DNA of 56,543 nucleotides from a virus (lineage: Duplodnaviria; Caudoviricetes). Below are positions 18,620 to 28,679 of this stretch, in pieces. The stretch covers positions 1 through 56,543 of the IMG/VR virus record IMGVR_UViG_3300031999_000024, one strand, 5' to 3'. The notes beneath the pieces are model-generated. The model saw only the letters and a program-made list of their open reading frames with translations, was not told the origin of the DNA and searched no databases. Numbering within the stretch: the stretch's first letter is position 1; each line of letters starts with the position of its first letter. A program made the translations under genes and the position numbers.

Positions 18620-19004
18620 CCTCTAATTCAATTTTAGGTTCATTTATGTCAAAGGTTAACGCTTGCAAACTGTTTAAATTTTGTTTTTCAAAGATTGCTT
18701 TCAACTCATTTACCTTATGTTGGAACAATTTATCTTTATCCTCTCTTTCTTTGTTATAAGAGATAACATTTTTAATACTATCAATCAACTCATTAGTTGA
18801 TGTTTCACTAAACTCCGCAACAAAAGAAAAAAATCTATAACCCGGTGTGGTTTTTTCATTTTCCATTACTGATTTCTCATTAACAAACTTTTTAGGTAAT
18901 TTCCAACTTTCAGGAAATTCTATGTCAAAAGATAGATAGTTTTTAATTTTCCTAACCGATTGTAGGTAAGGAAATAATATATTGAACTCTTCAAATAATC
19001 CCAT
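18558..19004 (-). CDS. Hypothetical protein
   Basis: 148-aa ORF. Confidence 0.75.
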   Translation of the reverse strand: MGLFEEFNILFPYLQSVRKIKNYLSFDIEFPESWKLPKKFVNEKSVMENEKTTPGYRFFSFVAEFSETSTNELIDSIKNVISYNKEREDKDKLFQHKVNELKAIFEKQNLNSLQALTFDINEPKIELEDDEETAEPTGRDAGLVEERD

Positions 19005-19195
19005 TAATTTAATTGTATTAAATATGTTATGATGTAAGATAAAAATAAACCGAAAAAAATGGTTCCCCTACCACTCATCTCAAACTTTTTAGGTTCGGAT
19101 TGTAGTAGGGAAACAATAAATCTAAAAACAATTCCAAAAACTGAAATTAGTGAAAACACAAATACAAAAAGATATATGGTGTTTAAACTTGTCAT
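19004..19195 (-). CDS. Small two-helix membrane protein
   Basis: Two hydrophobic stretches in 63 aa. Confidence 0.7.
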   Translation of the reverse strand: MTSLNTIYLFVFVFSLISVFGIVFRFIVSLLQSEPKKFEMSGRGTIFFGLFLSYIITYLIQLN

Positions 19196-19196
19196 A

Positions 19197-19370
19197 TTAC
19201 GCAGTTTTTTTTGCTTCTAATATTTCACCTCGTAGTTGTTGAAGCAAAGCCTTTAATTCTTGAGAAGTTTTTCTCGCTCTCGTTCCAGCACTTTTATTTC
19301 CTGTTTCAAATTTAGTTACATCCACACTAAGTTCTTCAGTAAGTGCTTTAATTTTTTCTAATGTTTCCAT
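19197..19370 (-). CDS. Histone H1-like protein (Hc1 family, Bacteroidota type; 57 aa, not in the ORF track)
   Basis: METLEKIKALTEELSVDVTKFETGNKSAGTRARKTSQELKALLQQLRGEILEAKKTA*; carries the GNKxAGTRARK signature. Confidence 0.85.
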   Translation of the reverse strand: METLEKIKALTEELSVDVTKFETGNKSAGTRARKTSQELKALLQQLRGEILEAKKTA

Positions 19371-19435
19371 TTTATTAATTAAAAAAGTTTATTTATATTA
19401 ACCTAAATCTAAAATAGATAATCCTAATGTCAATA

Positions 19436-19906
19436 TTATACCGACATATTTTTATCTAAAGATTTATATATACTTGATATCATATCCAAATCGGATTTTG
19501 TGAAGGGTTTTTTTCTATCAAATAAGTCGTTGAAGAATGTTCCTATGGAACTTTTTATTTTATTTTCTTTTTGGTTATAAAAGATATCGGTGAAGAATGA
19601 CAAGAAATAATCATAGTGATCACCTTTTTTATTGAAGGATATCTCTTCTTTTTTGAAATTTTCAATGGTTTTATTCCAGCACCACTCAAAGTGTTTAAGG
19701 TTATCCTCCTCGGATAAAACAATTTGAGTTTCACCGTTTTTATCGTCCCCCAAATATGTGTCTAAAACCAAATAGTATAAGGAGAAACTAAAGTCATAAT
19801 ATAAATCCATCTTTTCGGGTATTATATTATTAACTCTAAACCATATGTCCACATCATCGGGTTCCATTGGTTTTGCTATATAATTAAAAAAATTCTCCAT
19901 AGACAA
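19436..19906 (-). CDS. Hypothetical protein
   Basis: 156-aa ORF. Confidence 0.78.
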   Translation of the reverse strand: MSMENFFNYIAKPMEPDDVDIWFRVNNIIPEKMDLYYDFSFSLYYLVLDTYLGDDKNGETQIVLSEEDNLKHFEWCWNKTIENFKKEEISFNKKGDHYDYFLSFFTDIFYNQKENKIKSSIGTFFNDLFDRKKPFTKSDLDMISSIYKSLDKNMSV

Positions 19907-19947
19907 GTATCTATGGAGAATAATAATAAAGATATTTTTTATGTAAA

Positions 19948-21129
19948 TTATTGAGTTCTATCCTCGTATCCCATTAACGATTTCATTCTAATTGACTCCT
20001 CATTAAGTTTTTTAGTTGTCTTATCTTCAGTTGATTCAAGTTTCATCATTATTTTACTTGCTTTGTCTGTTTCACTTCCTGATTTATCATTAACAACAGG
20101 TTGAGCAGATTTATTATATGCCTTTCTTTTTAATTTAGCAAGTAAATTATCTTTTCTAATTGTGTTTCGTTTTTTGTTTGTTGGTGTTTCAACTGCGTTA
20201 GCCCATTCAGGGTTATTTCCCGTTCTTGAAGAACCTTCAACATTATCACTAACCCAATCTTCATTTGGATGAATTTCATCGTAGTCAAGGTTTTCTAATC
20301 CAGCTGCAGTAAAGTTATCAACATAATCTTGAACCGCATTTGATGGGACATAAGCCATTTTTTCCATTTTTTCAATTTCACCGTTACCCATTGGGAAATT
20401 TTTAGGATTCATATCGTAGTCACCTTTAGATCCGTCCTTAAGATAATCTTTCATTTTCTTTTGAACACTTTTCATATAGTCGTCTTCTTCTTTTTTAGAA
20501 CCCTTATGTGATTTTTCATATGCCACATATCCTGCCGGTGTTTTTCCTTTTTTGATTGTATCTTTTGTTTTACTTTCTTCTTTTATAATACCTTCAATAA
20601 TATCAATTATTTCATCTTCGGTGAATAATGCGGTTTCATTAATGTATTCCAATTTATATAAAGTATTGTCAACATTTTGTTTTTTACTTTCTTTAACTGG
20701 ATATTTTTTACCGTCAACAGAGAAACTTGATTTACCATCTTTTTTAGCGTCGGCAAGAGCTCCTGAAAACGCATTACCTTCTTCCATTTCTTCTTCTTCC
20801 ATTGAAGATTTCCCTTCTTTTCTTTCTTTTTTACCTCTTAACATTTTAAAATCTTCGGAATCTAATCTATTGTTTTTGTTTTTGTCTAAATTGCGTTGTT
20901 TTCCGTGTAGTTTTTCCATAACTTCACCTTTTGAGTATCCGCATTCCATACAATCACCCTCATTCATTTCTGAACCACACTGCTCACAAGTTTCTCCTTC
21001 TTGGACATAGTCAAATGATGATCCAGGAGGATTAAATTTTAACTTTTCCATTATTTCATCCGCCTTATCTTCTAATGTTTCAGTTAAGACCTTTCTAAAT
21101 AAATTATCGTAATAAGTGTTACTTTTCAT
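19948..21129 (-). CDS. Charged putative head-associated protein with a CxxC...CxxC ribbon and EF-hand-like motif
   Basis: CEQC..CMEC, LDKNKNNRLDSEDFKMLR; TATTTATT upstream (21145-21152). Confidence 0.7.
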   Translation of the reverse strand: MKSNTYYDNLFRKVLTETLEDKADEIMEKLKFNPPGSSFDYVQEGETCEQCGSEMNEGDCMECGYSKGEVMEKLHGKQRNLDKNKNNRLDSEDFKMLRGKKERKEGKSSMEEEEMEEGNAFSGALADAKKDGKSSFSVDGKKYPVKESKKQNVDNTLYKLEYINETALFTEDEIIDIIEGIIKEESKTKDTIKKGKTPAGYVAYEKSHKGSKKEEDDYMKSVQKKMKDYLKDGSKGDYDMNPKNFPMGNGEIEKMEKMAYVPSNAVQDYVDNFTAAGLENLDYDEIHPNEDWVSDNVEGSSRTGNNPEWANAVETPTNKKRNTIRKDNLLAKLKRKAYNKSAQPVVNDKSGSETDKASKIMMKLESTEDKTTKKLNEESIRMKSLMGYEDRTQ

Positions 21130-21155
21130 AGTTTTGTTTTTTATAATAAATATCG

Positions 21156-21956
21156 TTATTTACCTGTTTTTCTTAATTCATACAAAATAATATCTTTTAT
21201 ATGATCTTCGTGTAAGTTATAGGTGTTACTCACTTTCCCAATAATATCCTTAAGAGTTTCGTTTTCAAATATTTTAAGGGCGTTAATATCCCCCTGATTA
21301 CAATAGGGAAATGTTTTACATTTTTTTTTAACCTGAACGAATTTTCCTCCCGGTAACTGTGTTTTTCTTGATGGTTTCCAATTTTTCTTACTATTGGTTT
21401 TTGCCCAAATACTAGTTCCTTCGTAAGAACCTGAAGATGCGGTAGATGTGGCTTCCTTTGTTTCCACTTTCTTAACTTTTCCTTGACAATGTGCTTTTTG
21501 ACTAAACCCTTTTGGATTATTACAATCAATACTGTCTTTATATTTTTTAGACCATTTTTCCTCAATCTCGTCTTCTTCTTTCATATCCCCAAATAATGGT
21601 GATTCAAATGCTCCAACACCACCACCTGAACCTGTCGCCTCTTTAGTTTCGGTTTTATCTTTCCTTATTAAGGATGTTAGAAACTCAATTAACTCATCAG
21701 GATTCTTCAATATTTTTCTTATTTCAGCCTTGATTTTATTGTTATTCATTTTTTTATTCTTAACTAACTTCATAACATCAGATAATGTATAATCATCTTT
21801 AAGATAATCGGTTGATTTGTTCCTAATATCATCTTCTTCCGACTTTTCATTTTCGGTAAATTCTTTTCTCGCATTTGCTTGATCAATACCTGTCACCCCC
21901 ATACTAGTTGCTTCTTGGTTGAATTGTTTTTTAAATAAGTCGGTTAAATTTTCCAT
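21156..21956 (-). CDS. Charged hypothetical protein with a KWSKKYKDSIDCNNPKGFSQKAHC motif
   Basis: 266-aa ORF; I recall this motif from large-phage proteins, function unknown. Confidence 0.75.
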   Translation of the reverse strand: MENLTDLFKKQFNQEATSMGVTGIDQANARKEFTENEKSEEDDIRNKSTDYLKDDYTLSDVMKLVKNKKMNNNKIKAEIRKILKNPDELIEFLTSLIRKDKTETKEATGSGGGVGAFESPLFGDMKEEDEIEEKWSKKYKDSIDCNNPKGFSQKAHCQGKVKKVETKEATSTASSGSYEGTSIWAKTNSKKNWKPSRKTQLPGGKFVQVKKKCKTFPYCNQGDINALKIFENETLKDIIGKVSNTYNLHEDHIKDIILYELRKTGK

Positions 21957-22201
21957 TACGCACTTCTGAATTTAGATTCCCAGAAACTTCTTTGTTGATA
22001 CATTATCGTATAGAATTCTCTGAATGATTTTATTATTAGTTCTTTAACATCTTTTTCTATTTTACCTCGTTTCATCTCTTTAGAGATTCTGTCCAATAGT
22101 TTGTCCTCAAACTGTTTTATAGTTGTTGATCCCAAGAAATCTTTAATTTCTTTTTTAATCAATGTTTCAATTTCTCGTTTATCTGTTTGTGATAATGCCA
22201 T
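21956..22201 (-). CDS. Hypothetical protein
   Basis: 81-aa ORF with 1-bp stop/start overlaps. Confidence 0.75.
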   Translation of the reverse strand: MALSQTDKREIETLIKKEIKDFLGSTTIKQFEDKLLDRISKEMKRGKIEKDVKELIIKSFREFYTIMYQQRSFWESKFRSA

Positions 22202-22611
22202 TACTTAAAAATGAATATATAAGTTAATCCCCCAATTATCGCACCTCCTACGATTTCAATAACTGTATTCTTGGTTTTTAATTTCTTAATGTCCTTTCTC
22301 AAACCATCATTTTGGTTCTCAACTATTGTAAATTTCTCTTGTTCTTTTTTAATTTGTAACTTGTAATTATCTTCTTTTAATTCCATAGTCGCAATAATAC
22401 TGTCCTGAATAGTAACTTTATTTTGAGTTTGTTTTAATTCGGTTTCAGTCAATTTATGAACTTCAGTCAATTGATCCAATTTATTTAAATCCAAGGCGAT
22501 TTGTTTAGCTACACCATAAGGAAAACAAATTTGCGTTGTGTCCTGTTTAACCTGACTAAAAATTATTGACGGTATTAATGTTAATAACAATATGATTAAT
22601 AACTTTTTCAT
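22201..22611 (-). CDS. Secreted or membrane coiled-coil protein, possible spanin component
   Basis: N-terminal signal peptide, coiled coil and C-terminal TM helix; near the amidase. Confidence 0.55.
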   Translation of the reverse strand: MKKLLIILLLTLIPSIIFSQVKQDTTQICFPYGVAKQIALDLNKLDQLTEVHKLTETELKQTQNKVTIQDSIIATMELKEDNYKLQIKKEQEKFTIVENQNDGLRKDIKKLKTKNTVIEIVGGAIIGGLTYIFIFK

Positions 22612-22613
22612 TT

Positions 22614-22967
22614 TTAATATTTATATCTTTTATGGAATAAACTATCAAGTTGGGCAACATCCATTTTTGAAATTTCTTCTCCCTTATCTTTATAGTATTC
22701 CCGTATTATTGTTTTTTGATTTCTAACTTGAGCAATTGTTGAGTCAATTTTGGTTAATTCACTTTTATAACCCTCAATTGTTTTATCAAGTTGTTGTTGG
22801 TTTTTTAAAATTAAATCAATATCTTTATTTAATTGTTCTAATTTATACTTATCTAATTCGGGCATTTGGGGTTTTGGTGTGAACAAATAAACCGCCAAAT
22901 AAATTACGAATAATCCTATTCCGACAATTAGAATATCCTTAAAATTTGTTTTTAAAAATTGTTTCAT
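22614..22967 (-). CDS. Membrane-anchored coiled-coil protein, possible i-spanin
   Basis: N-terminal TM helix followed by a coiled coil. Confidence 0.55.
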   Translation of the reverse strand: MKQFLKTNFKDILIVGIGLFVIYLAVYLFTPKPQMPELDKYKLEQLNKDIDLILKNQQQLDKTIEGYKSELTKIDSTIAQVRNQKTIIREYYKDKGEEISKMDVAQLDSLFHKRYKY

Positions 22968-23584
22968 TTTTCAGGTGTTTTCTTTTTTGATGCAATTACT
23001 TTAGACCATTTAGATTTAAATTTCTCGTAATATGTTTGCAATTTATTAATAAATTCAAGGAACTCATCATCTAACTTAACCATAGTCCCGTTTATATATA
23101 CTCCTTTAGATTCTCCAATTGAGAAGAAAAATTCAAGATCCAATTCTGTGATTTTACCTGACCATTCAACATTGTTTTCATAAACATTAAGTTTATTAAA
23201 ATCCACGATTTCCGCAACTTCAGTTACGAACTCATCCATACTTTCTTGGAATGCAATTTTATCATCAGTCGTTAATTGAATGTCTGTGCTATCGGTTCCG
23301 TGAAGAACTAATATACCCCCAGATATTCGGTAAGCTTTTTTCTTTTCAGGTTTACTTACTTTCTCCTCGTTGTCATCCTCCGCAGTTTCGTAATCAATCT
23401 CTTCTTCCGAATCTTCTAATGGATTAATTTTTTTTGTGATATCAGTAGTAGGATTGGATTGTTCGGTAATCATACCATAACTTTTTCTAATTCTATTAGA
23501 TTCTTCATTTAATAAATTACCTCCAAGTAATCTTCTTGATGATTCTAATAATTGTTTTAACTCCTCGTAATTATTCATTTTCAA
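22964..23584 (-). CDS. Hypothetical protein
   Basis: 206-aa ORF coupled to its neighbours. Confidence 0.78.
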   Translation of the reverse strand: MKMNNYEELKQLLESSRRLLGGNLLNEESNRIRKSYGMITEQSNPTTDITKKINPLEDSEEEIDYETAEDDNEEKVSKPEKKKAYRISGGILVLHGTDSTDIQLTTDDKIAFQESMDEFVTEVAEIVDFNKLNVYENNVEWSGKITELDLEFFFSIGESKGVYINGTMVKLDDEFLEFINKLQTYYEKFKSKWSKVIASKKKTPEK

Positions 23585-24167
23585 TTTGGTTTATAAATTG
23601 TTCAAAATTAAAAGCCGGACTAACATCTGTAAATTCAATATCAAAATTACTTTTAGTCACAATACCTTCATATCTTTCAACACCATTTATTTTAGTATTA
23701 TGTCCAATACATTCTTTATTTATGGAGAGTTCTTTGGTTAGTTTTTTACATAATTCAACAGTGTTTTCTATTTGAATTTCAGTATATGGTTGCCAAAAAA
23801 AGTAATCTCTCCACTTTTTTTCATATATCTTCTCTTTATAAATATTACCAATCCAATTAATGTGTGAATTTTTTAATGGTTCTTTTTCCATCCACCCTAA
23901 ATTCTCTAAACATATTATTATAGAATTCCTATTTATATTGACATCGGAGAAATAATTAGTGTGTTCATTATCGTTTAATAGTTTCAAAATTTTACCCTCT
24001 CTATTTATTACATAGTTTGGAATTTTGTCGTATTTACCGTTATAACGATACTTTAAAGACATCAAATAATTTTTAATTTCCCTTGAGGAGTGTGTTAAAA
24101 TTATTTGTTTTTTCTTTTTCTGTTTACCTGTCGGTTTAAATTCCCCGTATTTTACAATATCAATCAT
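23571..24167 (-). CDS. N-acetylmuramoyl-L-alanine amidase-like protein (Amidase_2 fold), putative endolysin
   Basis: IILTHS, PNYVINREGKI, SIIICLEN, PYTEIQIE, IGHN and DVSP match the Amidase_2 motif order. Confidence 0.72.
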   Translation of the reverse strand: MIDIVKYGEFKPTGKQKKKKQIILTHSSREIKNYLMSLKYRYNGKYDKIPNYVINREGKILKLLNDNEHTNYFSDVNINRNSIIICLENLGWMEKEPLKNSHINWIGNIYKEKIYEKKWRDYFFWQPYTEIQIENTVELCKKLTKELSINKECIGHNTKINGVERYEGIVTKSNFDIEFTDVSPAFNFEQFINQIENE

Positions 24168-25357
24168 TCTTTCTTATACACTAACCTTTTTTTATTTTTC
24201 ACTCCCCTATCATATAGTTCATAATCGTCAGTTGTGTCAAATAATTCCTCATTTGTGACTTCATCAAATGACGGTATTGGATCATCTTTCATTACCTCAT
24301 CAGATATTTCTTCAGATGTTTCGTAATTCGCAAAACTATCTTCTTTAGTTTCATATGGTGTAAACGCCAATGCGGTTGGTTCATCTTTCAAATCTTCAGG
24401 TGTTGGTGTGGGAAGTTTACCTTCTTCTCTCAATCTTTTAACCTTTTCCCATATTTTTTTTACTTGTTCGGTATTTGGTCTGTGTTTGATTGGTGTTTGT
24501 TCGGTTGTCAACTCCTCAACAATATCCTCCAATAATTCTTTTGTGGTGTCAGGTTTTTTTCGTAAACCTTTAAATGCTTGATTGGTTGCAATAACTAATG
24601 TGATTGCTAATGGATCAAAAACAAAGATTAATATTAATATAAAAAGGTTGGCAGTTTTCTTAATATCCCAATTTAAAAGTTCGCTAACATATTTTAACGC
24701 ACCCAATTCACTACCTGAAATTTCTTCTGATTCCATATTCAAAATATCAACATCAAGTTTTGTGATACTATCATTCATTGAATCAATTCTTTTTGCAATG
24801 GTATCCCTTCTAACTTGTGCTTGTGATAATTGTGTTTCAAACGACTTTCTGTTGGCATTATTCGCTTTAGTGACTACTTGTCCCGTTTTTCTATCCACAG
24901 ATTGTGTTGTGGTGTTATTGGACAATCCATCTCTTAATTTGGTGATGTCCCCATCTAAAGTTGTTTTCTCTTCGCTTAACTCATCCTTAACTTCCTCAAA
25001 TCGTTTCTTTTTAACCTCAATGTTCTTAACTTGTTTCTCGTTTATTTCAAGTTTTGCAATATTCCCTTGGAATCCTGTGCTTAATAAACCGTAAATCCCA
25101 AGTGAGGTAATAATAGATAGGGTGACTAATGCAATTGTCAGATATATTTTTAATACTCCATATGTTTCTTTCCATTTATCGTGTAGATAAGTTGCAATTG
25201 CAATTTTAGATATTTCAAGGAATGATCCCATAATGATTACAGGTAATGCAACTCCAACAAATACGATTGATAATCCGACAACCGAATAATATGCTGCCGT
25301 TCCAGATAACCCTAAGGCACAAAATAATAAAAACCAAGGTAAAAATTTTTCTTTCAT
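24164..25357 (-). CDS. Multi-TM membrane protein with a periplasmic coiled coil
   Basis: Three N-terminal TM helices, a coiled coil and IFVFDPLAI. Confidence 0.8.
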   Translation of the reverse strand: MKEKFLPWFLLFCALGLSGTAAYYSVVGLSIVFVGVALPVIIMGSFLEISKIAIATYLHDKWKETYGVLKIYLTIALVTLSIITSLGIYGLLSTGFQGNIAKLEINEKQVKNIEVKKKRFEEVKDELSEEKTTLDGDITKLRDGLSNNTTTQSVDRKTGQVVTKANNANRKSFETQLSQAQVRRDTIAKRIDSMNDSITKLDVDILNMESEEISGSELGALKYVSELLNWDIKKTANLFILILIFVFDPLAITLVIATNQAFKGLRKKPDTTKELLEDIVEELTTEQTPIKHRPNTEQVKKIWEKVKRLREEGKLPTPTPEDLKDEPTALAFTPYETKEDSFANYETSEEISDEVMKDDPIPSFDEVTNEELFDTTDDYELYDRGVKNKKRLVYKKE

Positions 25358-25395
25358 AATATATAAACTATACCCAATAAATACTAAAGATAAAG

Positions 25396-25423
25396 AAAAA
25401 CCCCCATTTTAGGTGGGGGTTTA
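25396..25423 (-). terminator. Intrinsic terminator
   Basis: aaaaccccca-ttttagg-tgggggttt. Confidence 0.7.
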
Positions 25424-25445
25424 TATATGATAGGTTAGTTATTTT

Positions 25446-25850
25446 TTAATTATCAATCAATGTCTCAACTTTAATTTCACCATCAACAAACCTTGATACT
25501 GAACAATGTTCAATTTCAACATCACCTTCAATAGTGTTTTTAAATTCATTGTATTGTTCTTCATTCTCTAATGAACCACATTGAGTTGCCGGTGACTGAT
25601 ATACTTTCAATCTATATGCACCATATGGATTTTTTAACTCATTGGTTTCCCAAATTAAATTATCAAAGGTATAATTTTCAGTCCCATCGTTGGTTAGAAA
25701 TTTACCATTCTCATCTCTTTTATAAAATGCCGATCTATGATATCCACAATTATTACAATTTACATAATCTTCCCCCGTTTTGTAATAGAAATCGCTAAAC
25801 GCTTCTTGTTTACAATTTGGACACTCAATATAATCTATTACACTTCCCAT
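25446..25850 (-). CDS. Zinc-ribbon protein
   Basis: CPNC...CNNC. Confidence 0.78.
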   Translation of the reverse strand: MGSVIDYIECPNCKQEAFSDFYYKTGEDYVNCNNCGYHRSAFYKRDENGKFLTNDGTENYTFDNLIWETNELKNPYGAYRLKVYQSPATQCGSLENEEQYNEFKNTIEGDVEIEHCSVSRFVDGEIKVETLIDN

Positions 25851-25865
25851 TTTTATTTTTATTTT

Positions 25866-26666
25866 TTATAAGTAATCAAATAACTCCGAACTATCATTCC
25901 TCAACTTTCGCAAACTTTTTTCCTTTATCTGACGAACCCTCTCTTTCGTCAAACCAAAATCCGAACCAATGTCCTCCAAAGTTCTTGGTGTGCCGGATAG
26001 TCCAAAGTAATCTTCAATGATTACTCGTTCTCTTTCGTCCAAAACATTGAGAGTATTTATTAATTTTTCTTTAAGGATGTCCGCAGTGTTAAATGCTGCA
26101 TCAGGAGCGTCAGCGTCCATATTTGGAATCATATCTATGAATGTATCACCTTCATCATTGATATTCATATCCAAATCAATCATTGATGGTAATGAAGCGA
26201 ATTTATCGGATAGTTTTCCACCATTGTTTTGAATTTCTTTCTTCGCCCTGTGAAGATCTTGGACCACATTTACCGGTAACCTGATTGTTCTTGCATTATC
26301 ATTCAATGATTGGATGATTGATTGTTTAACCCACCAAACCGCGTATGAAATAAACCTCAAGTTTTTACTCCAATCAAAGTTTTTAATTGCTTTCAACAAT
26401 CCCAAATTACCTTCGGCAACCAAGTCAGGAAAGTCCAAACCTTGATTTTGATATTGTTTTGCAACGGTAATAACAAATCGTAAATTACCAACCAATAATT
26501 CTTGTTCAACCTGTCTTCGTTGGTTATCAGTTAAAGTATCTGACATCATAAGTCCCGATAATTCTTTTTCCCTTTCAGGTGTCATAACTTTAATCTTCCT
26601 AATATCTTTTAAATAGTGAGAGATTTCGTCCTGATTAATCGGCATTCCTGTTCCTTTTTCTTTCAT
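25866..26666 (-). CDS. RNA polymerase sigma70-family factor (Bacteroidota RpoD/SigA-like)
   Basis: NLRFVITVAKQYQNQG, DLVAEGNLGL, FISYAVWW, TIRLPVN, and region 4 TLEDIG..FGLTKERVRQIKEK. Confidence 0.93.
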   Translation of the reverse strand: MKEKGTGMPINQDEISHYLKDIRKIKVMTPEREKELSGLMMSDTLTDNQRRQVEQELLVGNLRFVITVAKQYQNQGLDFPDLVAEGNLGLLKAIKNFDWSKNLRFISYAVWWVKQSIIQSLNDNARTIRLPVNVVQDLHRAKKEIQNNGGKLSDKFASLPSMIDLDMNINDEGDTFIDMIPNMDADAPDAAFNTADILKEKLINTLNVLDERERVIIEDYFGLSGTPRTLEDIGSDFGLTKERVRQIKEKSLRKLRNDSSELFDYL

Positions 26667-26671
26667 ATATT

Positions 26672-27199
26672 TTATTTTGAATATTCTTCCAATTTTAGTT
26701 TCTCCACACTCGTGAGAGAATCCATTCCTCCATCATTGATTTTATCAAGAAGTTCGTCCAAAGACATATTACACACATCTTCTTTTTGTTTGTCAACAAC
26801 TAATGGATTGTTTAATTTAACCATATCAAGTAACATATCAAAATATGGATTAGGTTTCTGCGATTCAAATGTAGTGTTTTTATTGTCAACCTTATCTTCT
26901 TTATTGATGGATAAAAGGTGATTGTGTCTATCCTTACCCATATTTGTTGACATCTCTCCGTTAAAAGGAATTAGAGTGAACATCAAATCTTCAAACTGGT
27001 TAAATAACAAACCGATATAGATTGACATTTCATCGTGTTTCAATGCGGAGTCAAAATGAAAAATTGCATTCCCATCACCATAAACAAATTTTACTTGATC
27101 GGAAATTACAATAGGTTGTATTTCTTTACCGATTCTATTGGTTAACTCTTCACTAGATATAGTTTCAATTTCACCGTATACAAACATTAGATACTTCAT
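26672..27199 (-). CDS. Hypothetical protein with C-terminal DUF6576-like motif
   Basis: LDELLDKINDGGMDSLTSVEK; TATCTTTG at 27213-27220. Confidence 0.7.
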   Translation of the reverse strand: MKYLMFVYGEIETISSEELTNRIGKEIQPIVISDQVKFVYGDGNAIFHFDSALKHDEMSIYIGLLFNQFEDLMFTLIPFNGEMSTNMGKDRHNHLLSINKEDKVDNKNTTFESQKPNPYFDMLLDMVKLNNPLVVDKQKEDVCNMSLDELLDKINDGGMDSLTSVEKLKLEEYSK

Positions 27200-27230
27200 A
27201 TTATTTTTTTTACAAAGATATAAATAATTC

Positions 27231-28142
27231 TTAAACTGACAATTTTTTAGATTCTTTATTATTTTTTCGTTTCAATAAAGCATCCTCTTTAGATAAAAGA
27301 AACTTAACTTTTGGATTTGGTGTTTCCTCATTATAAGGTATTAAGTTCTCAACCCTTCTGTTGGATAAATCAACATAATCTTTATCTAAATCAATTCCAA
27401 CATAGTTTCTATTATTAAGTTTCGCCATTTTTAATGTGGTTCCACTTCCACACATAGGATCCAACACCAATTCACCTTCATTACTCCAAGATAGGATATG
27501 ATCTTCCGCCAATGATTCAGGAAATATTGCCGGATGTTGGAATGCAATGTCGTCTTTGGATGAGAATCCTTTTCCGTTATTGATATACCAAACATTGTAT
27601 CTGGTTCCAAATTCGGATACGACAAATCTATCTACCTTTTTAAGGTTACCATCTTTTTCTCTTTTTGACGGATCACCAAAGTTACTATGCCCCGCCCATC
27701 TATTCGGTTTATCCTTCAATAAATTTACGGTTTTTGGTTTTCCTTTTGATAAGACAAACATATACTCAAATACTTGAGAATATCTTCCCGTTTCAGGAAA
27801 TGGAGCACCATTCTTATGGTAAATCATAGTGTCATAAAGGGTGAATCCAATCTCCATAAACTTAAGAGCTTGTTTGAATGAACTTCCTGTCTCACCACCA
27901 TTTTTTACTTGATCATTTACAACCCAAATAACGACACCACCTTTTTTGGTTACTCTATACAATTCACGAGCCATTTCCACAAATGGGAAACTAAATCCAT
28001 CCTCAAAAACAACCTCATCCTTAATTTTACCATTATAGGTTCTCATATTATCATAGGGGGGTGATGTCACCGTCAAGTCAAATGTGTTATCCTCATATCT
28101 TTGTAATGTTTCTATAGCATTACCTAAAATTATTTCGTTCAT
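27231..28142 (-). CDS. DNA methyltransferase, N4-cytosine/N6-adenine family (beta order)
   Basis: TVTSPPY, HPAIFP, VLDPMCGSGTT. Confidence 0.93.
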   Translation of the reverse strand: MNEIILGNAIETLQRYEDNTFDLTVTSPPYDNMRTYNGKIKDEVVFEDGFSFPFVEMARELYRVTKKGGVVIWVVNDQVKNGGETGSSFKQALKFMEIGFTLYDTMIYHKNGAPFPETGRYSQVFEYMFVLSKGKPKTVNLLKDKPNRWAGHSNFGDPSKREKDGNLKKVDRFVVSEFGTRYNVWYINNGKGFSSKDDIAFQHPAIFPESLAEDHILSWSNEGELVLDPMCGSGTTLKMAKLNNRNYVGIDLDKDYVDLSNRRVENLIPYNEETPNPKVKFLLSKEDALLKRKNNKESKKLSV

Positions 28143-28679
28143 TTATTTTAATTTAAATTCAATATTTATCCTATGATAACCTTTCCACGCAGTTCTGTTA
28201 ATCGCAGTTCTAAATTCTAACTCATTTTTGGAAATAAATCCATCCATACAGACAATTCCCTCACTTAAATTATTAATCCCTTTTTCTATTTTATCAAATA
28301 AATCAGTATTTTGATTGTAGTCCCAAAAATCCTGAACAAATTTATTATAAGTTGTTTGGTTTATTTTAGTTAACGCCGATTTACTTGATATTTTAAAATA
28401 TGGTTCTGAATATAATGTCCAAGAATTAAAGTGAGATTTCCTATATTTTTTAATCTCCCGATATTTTTTAGTTAGAGGATGATATAAGTCATATTTAGAT
28501 AAGTCGGATTTTTCGGATAAAACAAATAAAGAGGGGTTAAAATTACAATTTTTAAGTTTTGTAATATTATCCCTTCCTTCCCCTAACCAAATTATTTTAG
28601 GTGATTTTGTTTTCCTAATCCAACCATCAACCTCACATTTTTCCTCAAAATCAATTCCTGTCTTTGCCCTTATTTGCAT
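28143..28679 (-). CDS. Putative PD-(D/E)xK restriction endonuclease
   Basis: GIDFEEK helix plus YDLY...YREIKK; abuts the MTase start with a 0-bp gap. Confidence 0.5.
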   Translation of the reverse strand: MQIRAKTGIDFEEKCEVDGWIRKTKSPKIIWLGEGRDNITKLKNCNFNPSLFVLSEKSDLSKYDLYHPLTKKYREIKKYRKSHFNSWTLYSEPYFKISSKSALTKINQTTYNKFVQDFWDYNQNTDLFDKIEKGINNLSEGIVCMDGFISKNELEFRTAINRTAWKGYHRINIEFKLK

